A stretch of 64,000 nucleotides of DNA from an uncultured bacterium. GTDB taxonomy: Bacteria; Babelota; Babeliae; Babelales; Babelaceae. Below are positions 63,530 through 64,000 of the stretch, one piece after another; the first letter of the stretch is position 1, and the number at the start of each line of letters is the position of its first letter. The notes under the pieces were generated by a model. It was not told where the DNA came from. It searched no databases and was given only the letters and a program-made list of their open reading frames with translations. The position numbers and the translations under genes are program-made. The stretch lies in contig OY970209.1 in NCBI GenBank assembly GCA_963713855.1, positions 1 through 64,000 on the forward strand, in the 5' to 3' direction.

Positions 63530-64000
63530 TTAGTTAGCGCTTTGAACGGCTACTCTGGAGGGACGCAAAACAATATCTTTGTAAAGATAACCCTTTTGCA
63601 AGACCTTGACAATAGCATTTTCTGAATAACCTTCCTCATGTACATGCATGACTGCCTCATGGAGTTCGGGATTAAAAACACCTAACTCCTCAATCTCTCG
63701 AACATGGTGAAGAGCCAAGATTTTTTGAAATGCCTTATACATAAGCTCAAAACCTGAAAAATAGGTGGCAAGCTCTGGATGTTGAGAAATCTGGGAAAAT
63801 GCTCGATCAAAATCATCAAGTATCGGAATAAGGTCTTTGAGTACCGCTACCTCACCTGCTTCAAACAACTGGTGACGTTCTTTTTCAGAACGCCTTCTAA
63901 AAGTATCAAAATCAGATGATACGTAGCGTATACGTTCTTGAAGCTGCTCAATTTCATTCTTCAAAGAAGCTATGAGCGCATCTTTTTCCTGAAGTGCGCT
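63530..64000 (-). CDS. grpE: Nucleotide exchange factor GrpE (5' end probably outside the window)
   Basis: DFDTFRRR, LIPILDDFDRA, FNPELHEAV, QKGY...VLRPSRVAV. Confidence 0.95.
   Translation of the reverse strand, partial: SALQEKDALIASLKNEIEQLQERIRYVSSDFDTFRRRSEKERHQLFEAGEVAVLKDLIPILDDFDRAFSQISQHPELATYFSGFELMYKAFQKILALHHVREIEELGVFNPELHEAVMHVHEEGYSENAIVKVLQKGYLYKDIVLRPSRVAVQSAN

Overview
Bacterial chromosomal segment, AT-rich and gene-dense. Isolated housekeeping genes are interleaved with many signal-peptide-bearing orphan, ankyrin and beta-barrel proteins. The gene content suggests a protist-associated intracellular bacterium, most likely phylum Dependentiae/Babelota (TM6); this is inference. 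Core genes: uvrA, mutS, gatA, gatC, MATE, rsmG, murJ, ychF, hspR-like, htpX, maf, arfB, spoVG, tRNA-Gln(TTG), rsmH, murF, acpP, gltX, rpmF, dprA, gyrA, lepA and a partial grpE. Most notable: (1) A three-gene locus at 32.2-37.5 kb. A Cys-bracketed (Gly-Asn-Thr/Ser)n collagen with a BclA/C1q-like head lies between a signal-peptide GT2-TPR-GT2 enzyme and a signal-peptide homologue of the N-terminal domain of animal collagen galactosyltransferase COLGALT1. (2) Two oppositely oriented copies of a ~300-340 bp non-coding element with terminal inverted repeats and modular hairpins whose pairing is kept between copies. (3) Three paralogous Cys-rich outer-membrane beta-barrel-like proteins. (4) A recurrent signal-peptide + Met-Glu/Asp/Asn motif in candidate effectors. 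(5) A mitochondrial GUF1-like LepA, a secreted J-domain protein and a motor-less FtsK membrane domain. No CRISPR array, rRNA, integrase or transposase was seen. All family assignments come from motif recognition by eye, not database searches.
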